Shown here piece by piece: positions 56,101-64,000 of a stretch of DNA of 64,000 bases. A program made the translations under genes and the position numbers. The stretch is from a virus. Its lineage: Duplodnaviria > Caudoviricetes. The DNA lies in the IMG/VR virus record IMGVR_UViG_3300030060_005272, positions 313 to 64,312 of that record, one strand, 5' to 3'. Under the pieces are notes generated by a model that saw only the letters and a list, made by a program, of their open reading frames with translations, was not told the origin of the DNA and ran no database searches. Position 1 is the first letter of the stretch; each line of letters begins with the position of its first letter.

Positions 56101-56758
56101 GTACATCATTAATCTTAAAATCTTGTCCTGCTTTAATTAATGATACTGCTGTAATACCACCAGTACTATTTGTTGTTACATTAGCACTAGCGTTAATACC
56201 ACGAGTAGCTGTAAAGATAAGAGTGTCACCATTAGTAAAAGCCGATCCACCATCATTGATAGTAAATGTATTTGATATTTGACCATTGGCTGGATAGAAC
56301 TTTAATGTCTCACCAGCAACAAATTTAACTTTGTCTGTACCACCAGAGTTACCACTATTAACATATCTACCATACAATGTATTGAGATCAGGGTTTGTTA
56401 TTTCAAAGCCAGAAGCTGAATCAATAGTTTGCATGATTAAGTTAGAAGATTCGTGCTGTAAGAATCCATTTGCAAATTCAGAAACAGTATACAACGCTGC
56501 ACCAGTGTCTCTGTCTAGTAGTTTAACATATTCTGTGTTTCTTATGTTAAAAGAACAACCCTCAACAATTGATCCTTCTTTAACAACAACATCACCAAAT
56601 TTTTCAATTTGGTTTTGTAGTATACTTTGAAGCTGTGTTAACTCTCTTGCCTGAATAGGAACAGAAGGTTTGAACAATACTCTGTGATGTTGTGAATCAA
56701 CATCGTAGTCGTCAAAGTACGGACTTACGTTTAAGTTAGTATCAAGGGTTTTAGACAT
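50183..56758 (-). CDS. Large virion structural protein (VrlC/DUF4815-like)
   Basis: NVSPYFDD, VLFKP..P.QARELTQLQ..LQNQ, APGADRLK, LAKRTFEESGDY, RFKNG..VDNF, DPLAQTF and F.IKIV......P...DFRA.AL. Confidence 0.88.
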   Translation of the reverse strand: MSKTLDTNLNVSPYFDDYDVDSQHHRVLFKPSVPIQARELTQLQSILQNQIEKFGDVVVKEGSIVEGCSFNIRNTEYVKLLDRDTGAALYTVSEFANGFLQHESSNLIMQTIDSASGFEITNPDLNTLYGRYVNSGNSGGTDKVKFVAGETLKFYPANGQISNTFTINDGGSAFTNGDTLIFTATRGINASANVTTNSTGGITAVSLIKAGQDFKINDVPVITFNTAGGTGANVTCTINSTASFEIAGLGFNVSGNTEFDTVGQTKRVNVSDGTIYQKGHFVEVNQQGVNVLRYNSNPNDMSVGFITSESIINSSSNTSLLDNSSGFNNENAPGADRLKLTPTLISKTKAEGVSSNNFLALIKFENGDPITLKEETQFSEIGEELAKRTFEESGDYVVKPFSFHTEDDTGNTTFDTIVIGAGKAFVKGFRNETIGASRTQIRKGTTTANVENATISQNYGNYIIVDEYLGSFDFNTGAQIKLLDTAGNRISTCPAGSAETVPSTNTATTVSASAPTYSGTIIGNARVRSVVYHDGVGGKEDGKYRLYLFDIVMNQGKNFADVRAASYFTGADAGVGFADVVLTNGRAVLNDTNLRKFVVPTGVKGIKTFNHKTLAESSYTYRTISTGTAATNGTIVITLTGNQVFDYTGGSTLSTDQEKDFVIVANNTSAQTAALTGTVTTTTSNVVTGSSTTFTTDFQVGDTIRVTGSEDEVITGITNSTHLTTRAAFSTAVSGAAYRRLYVADKVIHLDDVSGNTGSNVTISTDQKSATINMSRGSTLESTFALHISHNITKRQSAQKNKLLSANTYVKINCATNADTSVGPWCLGAPDVLNLQKVYVQYNNFTSIEAAGNDKTEHFELLPNQKDGFYDLSKLKLRTDTLGAPTINSTARILAVFNHFVESGSGFGYATVDSYPVDDDSSTLPADKIRTERIPIYTSPQDGQSIDLRDAVDFRPHAANTANTTNALTAGAATTNPAKTVSFSGEQYLAAPGKSMAVDYEHYLPRIDKLMMDTQGVFSTTEGASNIRPVPPQDSATAMTVGLITVPVFPSLASLPAARAGRPDYAYQILSKQQRNFTMKDIGQIKNEVRKIQYYTSLNLLEKQAIDLTIPSSANASLERFKNGILVDNFVDQTVADIGNREFKAGYDKVNSVLTSRQKNNVIDITPNAYSNTVKTGDLITLTYDAVAEYDQRSATRTRNLAELFWNYSGIVNVFPNYDNFHDIRHPPSNDFHVELDLTQGTRSLLNSIRDLEAIQEPRSEVIGDTSATNFLGSTQSSVVNQVRSPAPGGTTTRNDTTTTTVNNFETIRTIRRQQSENQFQTQDIVNTQTVGEFVRDISFNPFIRQQLLYLHAFGLKPNTRHYIYFDSKAVSAQCQPATVNVGDAINEANFRTTGAVGDAIRSNDSGEVFAVFHLPAETYPVGERQVNVSDQATVAAAFDTGSQAGGVFNAYNFGIDKASIQLTTRQLGVTRSRVITGETVETQATRSRRTEAITVPGPGTFVANPPAAAVPPAIITTPPPAAAPEDDGDGDGDGDGDPLAQTFIVKNTSTTTGQFITKMDIFFESKDPVLGVLLQIRTVENGFPSSHVMPNGEVHLRSADVNISSDGTTATTFTFPAPVFLRSGLEYCFVLKPDANNPNYNIYVRKTGDTDITTNTIINQDNFEGLMFLSTNNRAWRPYQQEDVKFTIYRAEFNASDGSVDYQNADHEFFTLESVNGTFEQGERAFIYNNAANITGNVAFSTTSETVTGTGSTFTSDLAVGQFVALTNGTSHSVREVTAITNNTILTVRGFPDFTSAQADVQLTPTGEIFYYESTNQLREMHLIKSTAANATFKFANTNSIVGSESGANATITEVENINMTAFDNMIYQITPADTALTQFHQSNTTTGQTANTQFPINNRNRLTEVAIIKSRSNEIVDGTGKSLKHTFLFNSAKSHLSPVIDDGISNILRVENIINNSNTNEHLPLTGSASAKYLSKSVTLDEGLDAEDLRVFVTATKPGSSDVEIYARISNELEVDDFEDRHWTRLQLEGFNKQSAPGSLDDFAEYEYRIPDTPPSTLLVGKGLADNANALIATTDDQSSALSVGDLIKIVNTDASIDYQIETVTAVNSTVVTVGNAISFDNTQADILKVDTPQTAFKDPQNEFIATYYNSSQNKFDTFKNFQIKIVLKSSNAALAPRVRDFRALALSI

Positions 56759-56767
56759 CTCGTTCCT

Positions 56768-58537
56768 CTAAAATTTTAACACGAGTTTGACTGTTTCGGT
56801 TAAAGTGTTTGATCTCGACACAGCTTCTATATTCTTGAGAAATAATACCTCTCCAGATCCTCTCACAAGATCACCAGGTATTGTAGACTTGAATCTAGCT
56901 GTTTGCGATGAAGTACCTCCAGTAACTATATAGGCATTTGCTGCTTCAAAGTCTCCGCGTACTGTTGTCAAAGAAGTGTGTGTAGTGTTACTTTGATATA
57001 CAACTCCATTTGCTCCACTGGTAGCTTGTGATACAGCTTCGTCTTCAGTGAATACAGAACCAGATACTAAGTTGTGTTCAAATTTAGTTGTTTGTTGAAA
57101 GTAATGATAGTTGGCTCTGGCAGAGTCTGAATCATTTACTCTTACAGCAGTTACGTTTGCAGTTGCTCCTGTTATACTTCCAGTGACATTAGATGACAAT
57201 AAGAAGATACCTGATGCATTAGTTAAGTTAACTGTTGTGGTGTTTGATGCAACTAATGTACCAGTAGCTCCTGTACCAGAATCAGTTACTGTTTCGTTTA
57301 CTTGGAAGTTAGCTGTAGGAGCATCAATTGTAATTCTTGTATTAGCATAGAAAGGATCTTTTATAAGACCTATTGTTCTAAAGTCATTGTCTGTTTGAAT
57401 ATTAGTTGATTCATTGTTTGCAAAGTTTGTAGATATAATAACATACCTTGCATCTAACTCTGATGCTGGATTATGTGCATGTCCACCAAATGGACCTATC
57501 ACTGCTCTAACAACTGCAAGATTTGCTGCAGCCATATTGTTTGCTTCAATGGTTACATCAGCATATGTATACTTAGAACCTCGTTGCAATACTTGAATGT
57601 TTGCAACTGTATTTGTACTTGTATTGATTAATGCTCTAGCAATTGCATTTGAACCATCACCTTTTATTCTTACAGTAGGTGTTATCTCAAACTTAGAAGT
57701 ACTATCTGGTGTAGATGAAAATGCTGTGTTAACTGTTACAAATTTACCAGTAGAGTTAGAAACATAATCTGTAATCTCTCTTATCTCACCATTTGAAACA
57801 CCAGCTGTAAAGTATATTGAACAATTGTTGTAAAAGTCATTGTTACCTGATAGAGTAAATGAACTAGAGTTAATGGAAAACAAACTAGCATTAGTACCTA
57901 AAACAACTGATCCATTTGCAAATTCATTATAGTTATTACCACTGTTGGATACAACGAACGCATCCAATGCACCATTTATTGCATTACCAGATGCATTTGC
58001 ATGAGCTACTACAGGAATATAATTGTTTGATGTAAATTTAGTATATGTAGCAGATGGTATTGTATACATAAACCTCCACTGATATCCATCAGTAGCAGTC
58101 TTTAGATATAGTGAATCTAATGTAGATGACACATCAGAAAATAATGGTTGTGAGTTTGAAACACTATTTCCATTGTTGTCTATACATTTCCATACATGAA
58201 AATCAGAACCTTCTTGTGTTGATACATAATAAACTTTATCATTTAATGTTGTATCTTGATCGTCATATGCGTAGTATATTGTACCATTAGACCATGCATT
58301 ATTGTATATTGCTGTTGTAATATCATTGGATGTAACAAGTTTACCAAATAACATTTCATCATATGTTTGGAATAATGAATTAGCAATAGATGCATTAGGA
58401 GTTGGTGTACTGCTTTCACTAAATGCTGTATGCTTTGTACTAAACACATAGTACATTGTGTTAGAGGCTTCTGTAATAGACTCAGTAAGCTGCTCTGCGC
58501 TATGAACATTAAACTCTTTGTATACTCTTTCTGTCAT
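56768..58537 (-). CDS. gp8: Baseplate wedge subunit
   Basis: W..GT.Y..YD, VWKCIDN, DGYQW.FMYTI, GGH..NP..EL, NDFR.IGLIKDP, SGE.L...N and E.VKLV..F. Confidence 0.88.
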   Translation of the reverse strand: MTERVYKEFNVHSAEQLTESITEASNTMYYVFSTKHTAFSESSTPTPNASIANSLFQTYDEMLFGKLVTSNDITTAIYNNAWSNGTIYYAYDDQDTTLNDKVYYVSTQEGSDFHVWKCIDNNGNSVSNSQPLFSDVSSTLDSLYLKTATDGYQWRFMYTIPSATYTKFTSNNYIPVVAHANASGNAINGALDAFVVSNSGNNYNEFANGSVVLGTNASLFSINSSSFTLSGNNDFYNNCSIYFTAGVSNGEIREITDYVSNSTGKFVTVNTAFSSTPDSTSKFEITPTVRIKGDGSNAIARALINTSTNTVANIQVLQRGSKYTYADVTIEANNMAAANLAVVRAVIGPFGGHAHNPASELDARYVIISTNFANNESTNIQTDNDFRTIGLIKDPFYANTRITIDAPTANFQVNETVTDSGTGATGTLVASNTTTVNLTNASGIFLLSSNVTGSITGATANVTAVRVNDSDSARANYHYFQQTTKFEHNLVSGSVFTEDEAVSQATSGANGVVYQSNTTHTSLTTVRGDFEAANAYIVTGGTSSQTARFKSTIPGDLVRGSGEVLFLKNIEAVSRSNTLTETVKLVLKF

Positions 58538-58540
58538 ACC

Positions 58541-61207
58541 CTACGCCTGACTTACAGCTGAATTAGCAACTGAAATTGCTGTATTGTTGAACGACTCTAC
58601 AACAGGTCGACCAAATAGTTTGTATCCAGCTGTATGGATTACTTCTTTAAGAATTCTTTCATACTTATTTAGTTCAAACTCAGACAAGACCTCGTATGAG
58701 AACTGTTGGAAGAAGTTGTTATCATGTAGGAAAAACTCTTCTCCAAGTACACCACTATCGAGCTTAACATACCCTACACCAATACCGGTACCATTGGCAA
58801 CAGCTGTTCCAACAACTGCTTGAGCATTTGATCCTAATGTAAAGTCTAATATTTCACCGTCTTTGAATCCTAAACCTGATGTTACAACTTCTGCCTGTTG
58901 TATCAATCCTTGGCCAATAGTAACATTTGCAAATGTATTTGCATTGACACCAGCTTTAACAAACCTGTTGTAATTGTTTGTATCTTCATCTATAGTATTG
59001 ATTTGGAATGATTTGTTGTTATTGTTTGATTGTAATCTCTCTGAGGTAACACCAGATACTTTGAAATCATGTTCAATAGAATGCATTCTCATCTTCAAGT
59101 AGTTATTTGATGTGTTTGATTCTAATACTTTACCAACAGCAACTGTATTCTCACTAGTGTTAGAAGATGCAGTAACAGTGTTTATTGTTGCACCAGATAA
59201 CAATCCAGTTATGTTTATAGTTGCATTGATTGTTGCATTATCACCAATTAACCTCTCAGCACCAGCTGTTGTATTAGATGTATACAGTCCACCAACTACC
59301 ATATGTGTTGTATTAGTAATTGATCTTACTTGCATATATGTGTTTGTACTGCTATTGATTACTTGTTTGAGACCTTCACCAACTGAGAACTGATTAGCTG
59401 TATTAGTTGAAAATGTTAATGTTCTTGTATCATGAGCAAAGTATTGGCGATACATATCACCTACAGCTGGAGTGTCACCAGCTCTGTTTAAATATGTTAT
59501 CTCTAAGTCTTTTTGAAAGAAACTATCTACAAATCTATTTTGAGTCATGACTATAGGATCAGCAGTAAATGAATTACCACTACTAACAACTGTAAATGAT
59601 GTCACCTCACCAAGTAGTTCACTAGTTTCAAATTTTAATGCTTTGTCAATAACATTGTCAATACCAGCAGACGTGTCTTTAGAGAACCCATATCCAGCAG
59701 CAGCTACATTACTATTTGAACCACTAATGATCATATCTAATGAAAGTACATTACCAGAGTTAGTAAACTCAATCATATCAGTGTAAACATTTGTAGCAAC
59801 AGCATTACCAACTGCATTGATCAAAACATTTGCATTGAGTCCTGATCTATTTGCAACAATATCAGCATATGTATTTGTTGATTCACCTTTGACAAACCCT
59901 TGAGGTTCTACTGGAAACACCATATTGTTGTCGGTTATTCCTATATTGTTTGCTCTCTTACCTATGAATCTACCTGTTGAATATACATTTGTAAATGTAC
60001 CAAAGTCAGCGTTTACATCTGCATTGCCACCAAATTTTAGTTTAACAACACCATTATCTGCTGCAAATGATCCAGAGGTTTCATATATTAGCAACGTACC
60101 ATTTGTTGCTCCTTCAGCAGCATCATTGATTGCTACATGTCCATTAGCTATAACACCGGCTGTAGAATTTATTCCTTGTACAAAACTTGAGGTGTTAGCT
60201 GTAGAAGCAAATATATTATCTTCAGATGTATATGTTACTTCAACTCTTGGAGCAAATACATTTTCAAATATCTGAAACGTGTTTGCTGGTGTAGTATTAG
60301 CACCACCATATGGATTTGTAAAGGTATTGGATATGTTATTTACTTGTAGTATTGTGTTACTTACAATAACATTTGACAATGCAACATTAGAACTGTAACC
60401 AGATCCACCAACTTGCAATACTAATTCAGGAACACCAGTACCATCTGCTACTGCAGTGACTCTTATCTGACCAACAGTAGATGTGTTAGATTGAGATTTG
60501 ACTGTAAGTTCTTGACCAACAGTATAACTGTTACCACCATCTGTTATAGTAACAGCAGAAAGTGAACCATTTGTTCTTGCAAAGTGTATACCAGTTGGAT
60601 CAAAAACTAACTCATCTCTTATAAATTCACCAACAAGATTCTCAAGGTAAACTATCTGTAATGCTTTTCCTTGTACGCTAGTATCAACAATAGAAGTAAC
60701 AAAAGCTGTTGCTCCAGATAGTTGACCACTAATTTTATTTCCTAAGAATGCTTGTATAACTGTAGAGTCAGCAAAGATTTCAATATATCTTGGTGTCACA
60801 AATGTAGCATCAGATGCTTTAGCTAGATGTTCATTTGGAATATAAAGATCAGCACTCTTACCATATATCAACTTGAAGAATAACTCAAGAGCTCTCTTAG
60901 ATCCTTTTGATCTATACAAGTCTAATATATGTTTAATGACATATGGAGCATCCACTGTCATTGTCATTGGAATACTAAACAAATATGTTTCTCTAAAGTG
61001 ATTCAAGAACTCTGTTGTTGTTTGATCAACATCAAGTTGAGAAGCGAGATCTCGTGATTGAGCTAATGGTTTGTCTGATTGCTCAAGGAATTCATAGTAT
61101 GCTTTTACAAACAAAGTCATAAGATTCCCATCTTCTTTGTAGACGTCTGGGAACTGCTCTTGTATTAGAGGAGATATCTTATCCTGAATTGTGTTGAGCA
61201 ATGACAT
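58541..61207 (-). CDS. gp7: Baseplate wedge initiator (gp7-like)
   Basis: QFP..Y, F.KAYYEFLE, LYRSKGS....LFF, HDN.F.Q.FSY and H.AG.K.FG. Confidence 0.78.
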   Translation of the reverse strand: MSLLNTIQDKISPLIQEQFPDVYKEDGNLMTLFVKAYYEFLEQSDKPLAQSRDLASQLDVDQTTTEFLNHFRETYLFSIPMTMTVDAPYVIKHILDLYRSKGSKRALELFFKLIYGKSADLYIPNEHLAKASDATFVTPRYIEIFADSTVIQAFLGNKISGQLSGATAFVTSIVDTSVQGKALQIVYLENLVGEFIRDELVFDPTGIHFARTNGSLSAVTITDGGNSYTVGQELTVKSQSNTSTVGQIRVTAVADGTGVPELVLQVGGSGYSSNVALSNVIVSNTILQVNNISNTFTNPYGGANTTPANTFQIFENVFAPRVEVTYTSEDNIFASTANTSSFVQGINSTAGVIANGHVAINDAAEGATNGTLLIYETSGSFAADNGVVKLKFGGNADVNADFGTFTNVYSTGRFIGKRANNIGITDNNMVFPVEPQGFVKGESTNTYADIVANRSGLNANVLINAVGNAVATNVYTDMIEFTNSGNVLSLDMIISGSNSNVAAAGYGFSKDTSAGIDNVIDKALKFETSELLGEVTSFTVVSSGNSFTADPIVMTQNRFVDSFFQKDLEITYLNRAGDTPAVGDMYRQYFAHDTRTLTFSTNTANQFSVGEGLKQVINSSTNTYMQVRSITNTTHMVVGGLYTSNTTAGAERLIGDNATINATINITGLLSGATINTVTASSNTSENTVAVGKVLESNTSNNYLKMRMHSIEHDFKVSGVTSERLQSNNNNKSFQINTIDEDTNNYNRFVKAGVNANTFANVTIGQGLIQQAEVVTSGLGFKDGEILDFTLGSNAQAVVGTAVANGTGIGVGYVKLDSGVLGEEFFLHDNNFFQQFSYEVLSEFELNKYERILKEVIHTAGYKLFGRPVVESFNNTAISVANSAVSQA

Positions 61208-61208
61208 A

Positions 61209-63026
61209 CTATTCTCTTAATTCAATAACGGTCACGTTAGTTTCGTTTGTTCTAATCCTGATCACATCGTTTCGTTTTCCTTCGATGTCTTGATCTCTGG
61301 GTCTTGCAAATATTTTGAGTGTACCAGCTGATGCTCCAGATGAATAAGAATTTATGACCAAGTTGGATACTACAATCTGACCTAACTCATAGTCAACAGT
61401 ACCAACATTTGAACTCAATACTTCTATACTTGATAAGTTAGCAGTGACAACTTGTAGTGCTCCAGCTCCATTGTCTCTTATTGATGCACCAGTAATATTT
61501 TGGAATACAAATGGTTCAGATTCAACAGATGGAGTAGAAAATGATACAAATTCACCTTGATCAACAGGTTCTACAGGGTTGTCTCTTTTGAATGGTTGAT
61601 TGTATATCAATGTTTCATCAAATGCAACATTAGCAATTGGACTAATTAATTTCATCATTCTGACAGTAACATCACAACTTAGAATAGATGTTTTGGTTTC
61701 ATTGATCTTTTCAATCAACTTACTCTTTCTGAATGTCTTGAAGAAGTCATCTAAGTTATCAGTATTGAATGTGTCAATTGTTGTCTCTACAGCTGTTTGA
61801 ATAGTAGCTACATTATCGTCTGTTGCATTTCTATTGTACTTAACATCTGCATGTACGTCAATATTGATAAATGTAGGATCAACTATATCTGTTCTGATAC
61901 CAATAGGTGTTTTATCTTTCAAGAAGTTAGTTATTTGTGTCTTCAATGTTGTTGGAAGAACATCAAATGAATCACTTCGTATTGCTAATTTAACCACACC
62001 CATTTGAGGAACCGGTTCATCTGCACCATCATATACATTCAAGGATGATATATCATTGAACTCATTTACAACTAATGTCTTATAGTCTTCTTTTGTAACA
62101 GCTCTCTCTTGAACAGCCAATGCTCTTGGTGCTGAAAATCTAATGTCATCTAAGTTTTGAGAACCAGATCCTCCAGTTGCTCTTGTTACTAACGAAATAG
62201 CAGCGCTGTGGCCAGCGATACTATCAGCAGAAAAACTATTAGCTCCATTTGGTTCTTCTCCGTTTGATCTTCTGTAAGATATTTCCAATAAGTTATTATT
62301 AGAAGGTTGTCTACCAAATGTTCCATTACCAAGTACTATAGTATAACTACCATTTGTTGATGGCTCTACAAAGTATACATTACTTGTTGCAGTTAAACCA
62401 AACAATGAATTTGCTCTTGTATATTCACTATTAGTACTATCAGTATTAGATGTTCTTATCTTAACAGCAAGACTAGACAAGTCAATATCTGAGTTGTTAA
62501 TATAGAATGAAGAAGTATTAGGTGATGTATTTGTAACTAAGAATGCTTCTTGAACAAGATCACCTTCATATATTGCAACATTAGAAGCAAGATAACTGTT
62601 GTTTGAATATACAATTATATCTGAGTTAGTCGAGAATGTATATGTATTGTCGCCAATAGTAGATGTTAATTTTGTAAGTCTTGGAATAGTAATCTGATGT
62701 GGATTACTAGATGGATTAACATTGATGTTTACATATGCAACTGCAGATCTATGTGATCTTGGAAGATAGTTTAGTGATTTTGATATTGAATAAACACTGT
62801 CTCTCAACTGTGCACTATCAAGAAACATCTCTGTTGCAACGTGATTAAGATAGATTCCATTGTAGTATGTGTTATATGCTAACAGATCCATCAATACATT
62901 TAAGTTTGAACCTGTGAAGTCATAATCAGCAAAAACATCTTGGCCTTGCATGAACGTGATTAGGTTAGACTTAATTGTGCTAAAGTCCAAATTGGCGACC
63001 GAGAATTCTGTATTGGTCGTAGCCAT
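61209..63026 (-). CDS. gp6: Baseplate wedge subunit
   Basis: LDF..IK.NL..F, DYDF.GS.L.VL.DLLAYNTYYN, E.FLDSA.LR.SV and Q.RAVT..DY. Confidence 0.93.
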   Translation of the reverse strand: MATTNTEFSVANLDFSTIKSNLITFMQGQDVFADYDFTGSNLNVLMDLLAYNTYYNGIYLNHVATEMFLDSAQLRDSVYSISKSLNYLPRSHRSAVAYVNINVNPSSNPHQITIPRLTKLTSTIGDNTYTFSTNSDIIVYSNNSYLASNVAIYEGDLVQEAFLVTNTSPNTSSFYINNSDIDLSSLAVKIRTSNTDSTNSEYTRANSLFGLTATSNVYFVEPSTNGSYTIVLGNGTFGRQPSNNNLLEISYRRSNGEEPNGANSFSADSIAGHSAAISLVTRATGGSGSQNLDDIRFSAPRALAVQERAVTKEDYKTLVVNEFNDISSLNVYDGADEPVPQMGVVKLAIRSDSFDVLPTTLKTQITNFLKDKTPIGIRTDIVDPTFINIDVHADVKYNRNATDDNVATIQTAVETTIDTFNTDNLDDFFKTFRKSKLIEKINETKTSILSCDVTVRMMKLISPIANVAFDETLIYNQPFKRDNPVEPVDQGEFVSFSTPSVESEPFVFQNITGASIRDNGAGALQVVTANLSSIEVLSSNVGTVDYELGQIVVSNLVINSYSSGASAGTLKIFARPRDQDIEGKRNDVIRIRTNETNVTVIELRE

Positions 63027-63448
63027 TATCTAGTCCTTTCTAGGCCTAAAGTAAAAGTAACTGGGTCTTCAATATTTATAATACCAAAAGTAATTGTTAT
63101 TCTAGCCTCATTCTTGTCATTTTTAAACTCAAGCTCTGTTGCTAATAACTCAGCTCTTGGTTCAAAGTTAATTATTGTTTCATTGATATATGCTTGTACT
63201 TGCATTTGTGTAAATGGAGTAGCATTTTCAAACAACAATCCTCTCAATCCACCACCAACATTAGGTTGAAAAACTCTTTCAAGTTTATCTGTTAACAATA
63301 AATTTCTTACAGATTGCTTTACTGCTTCAGCATTAGTCTTCTTATTGAGTTGACCTGTGACAGCATTCCTTGAAAAGTCAGTAAAGAAGTCTGAATATAC
63401 AGTAGTCGTTGCAGCTCTATTTTGTGTTACTACTGCTACTTTACTCAC
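63026..63448 (-). CDS. gp25: Baseplate wedge subunit
   Basis: YSDF, N..AVKQSVRNLLLT...ER.FQP..G and I.NFEPR; ends LERTR. Confidence 0.9.
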   Translation of the reverse strand: MSKVAVVTQNRAATTTVYSDFFTDFSRNAVTGQLNKKTNAEAVKQSVRNLLLTDKLERVFQPNVGGGLRGLLFENATPFTQMQVQAYINETIINFEPRAELLATELEFKNDKNEARITITFGIINIEDPVTFTLGLERTR

Positions 63449-64000
63449 TCTGCGCCCTCCTCAGGATCCACAAAAGGCTCTGGTTTTTGCCCTGGTGGTA
63501 GTTCTTTACCCAATTGAGTAAAGAAGTTTTTAAAGTTACTATCCAACACCTTCAAGTTAGCTTCCACTCCAGGAGCAGCTTTCTTAGCTGACTCAATAGT
63601 TGGACCAAAAGCATTCATTATATTATCTAAGTTTACTGCAAGACCTGTAGTTGGATCTTTAACAAATTCATTTATTGCACCTTCAGATATATTTTCTGAG
63701 GTTGGTATTGTAATATCAATCTCACTTAGTCTTCTAAATGTATCCTTGCTGGAATGACTCTTCCCAATCTTCTTTTGATGGAAAGCCAAATGGTATTAGT
63801 ATCTCAGCTCCATCTTCATCTAAAGTCTTCTGAAAAACAAAATTCTCTCCAGTAGAAGGATCAAACTTAACTTCAGTTGCAAGCCTTTCCTTAAATTTAT
63901 TTATAACAGGACCTAGGGTAGCAATAGATACTCCTTTGTCTTCTAACAACTCATTCTTTATTGTAGCAGCCATTTCTTCTATTTCATATGGCTCTGGAAC
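63445..64000 (-). CDS. Hypothetical protein, partial and split by a +1 frame change near 63735
   Basis: One frame is open from the window edge to TAG at 63734 (VPEPYEIEEMAAT...QQGYI*). The +1 frame continues RRLSEIDITIP... to 63445. Confidence 0.55.

Noticed and set aside
63445-64000. TAG stop-codon reassignment
   Set aside because: Reading through TAG at 63734 hits TGA four codons later, and core genes such as gp55 and queD end normally at TAG.
1-64000. tRNA or other structured RNA genes
   Set aside because: Intergenic gaps are mostly under about 90 nt and no cloverleaf with T/D-arm consensus was seen by eye. A tRNAscan-SE or Infernal run would be needed to exclude them fully.
1-64000. Assignment as a cyanophage
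   Set aside because: Gene order resembles Kyanoviridae, but no photosynthesis or cyanobacteria-specific genes are in the window and the Usg-like gene points elsewhere. The host is undetermined.

Overview
This window is 64 kb of an AT-rich T4-like (Tevenvirinae/Kyanoviridae-type, probably aquatic) myovirus genome, almost all on the minus strand. Read right to left it carries the conserved virion module: gp25, gp6, gp7, gp8, a VrlC-like protein, neck gp13/14, gp15, terminase gp16/17, sheath gp18, tube gp19, portal gp20, gp21, gp22, major capsid gp23 and gp3. This is followed by uvsY, uvsW, gp55, gp47, gp46 and an auxiliary block (cytidylyltransferase, peptide deformylase, QueE, QueD, a phosphoribosyltransferase). 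T4 late promoters (TATAAATA) and a UUCG terminator after gp23 are visible. The standout is a ~22 kb insertion (about 27.3-49.0 kb) between the baseplate and neck genes. It holds two giant proteins (1363 and 3159 aa) built from hundreds of [Y/W]-x-K-x tetrapeptides. They share four amino-acid-identical but synonymously diverged copies of a 17-residue motif (YVGPVFYGGFASGSQTT). In the smaller protein that motif lies almost exactly at the midpoint of the repeat tract, suggesting a very long beta-hairpin. The larger protein also carries a LamG-like domain and a split gp38-like adhesin domain. Beside these genes are four glycosyltransferase-like genes, two Fe/2OG-type oxygenases, a radical SAM enzyme and a methyltransferase, which suggests a dedicated virion-fibre modification system. 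Other points of note are a half-size Na+/Pi cotransporter, a Usg-family gene hinting at an alphaproteobacterial host, and a prfB-like candidate +1 frameshift site at the right edge. All assignments come from motif recognition by eye; no searches were run.
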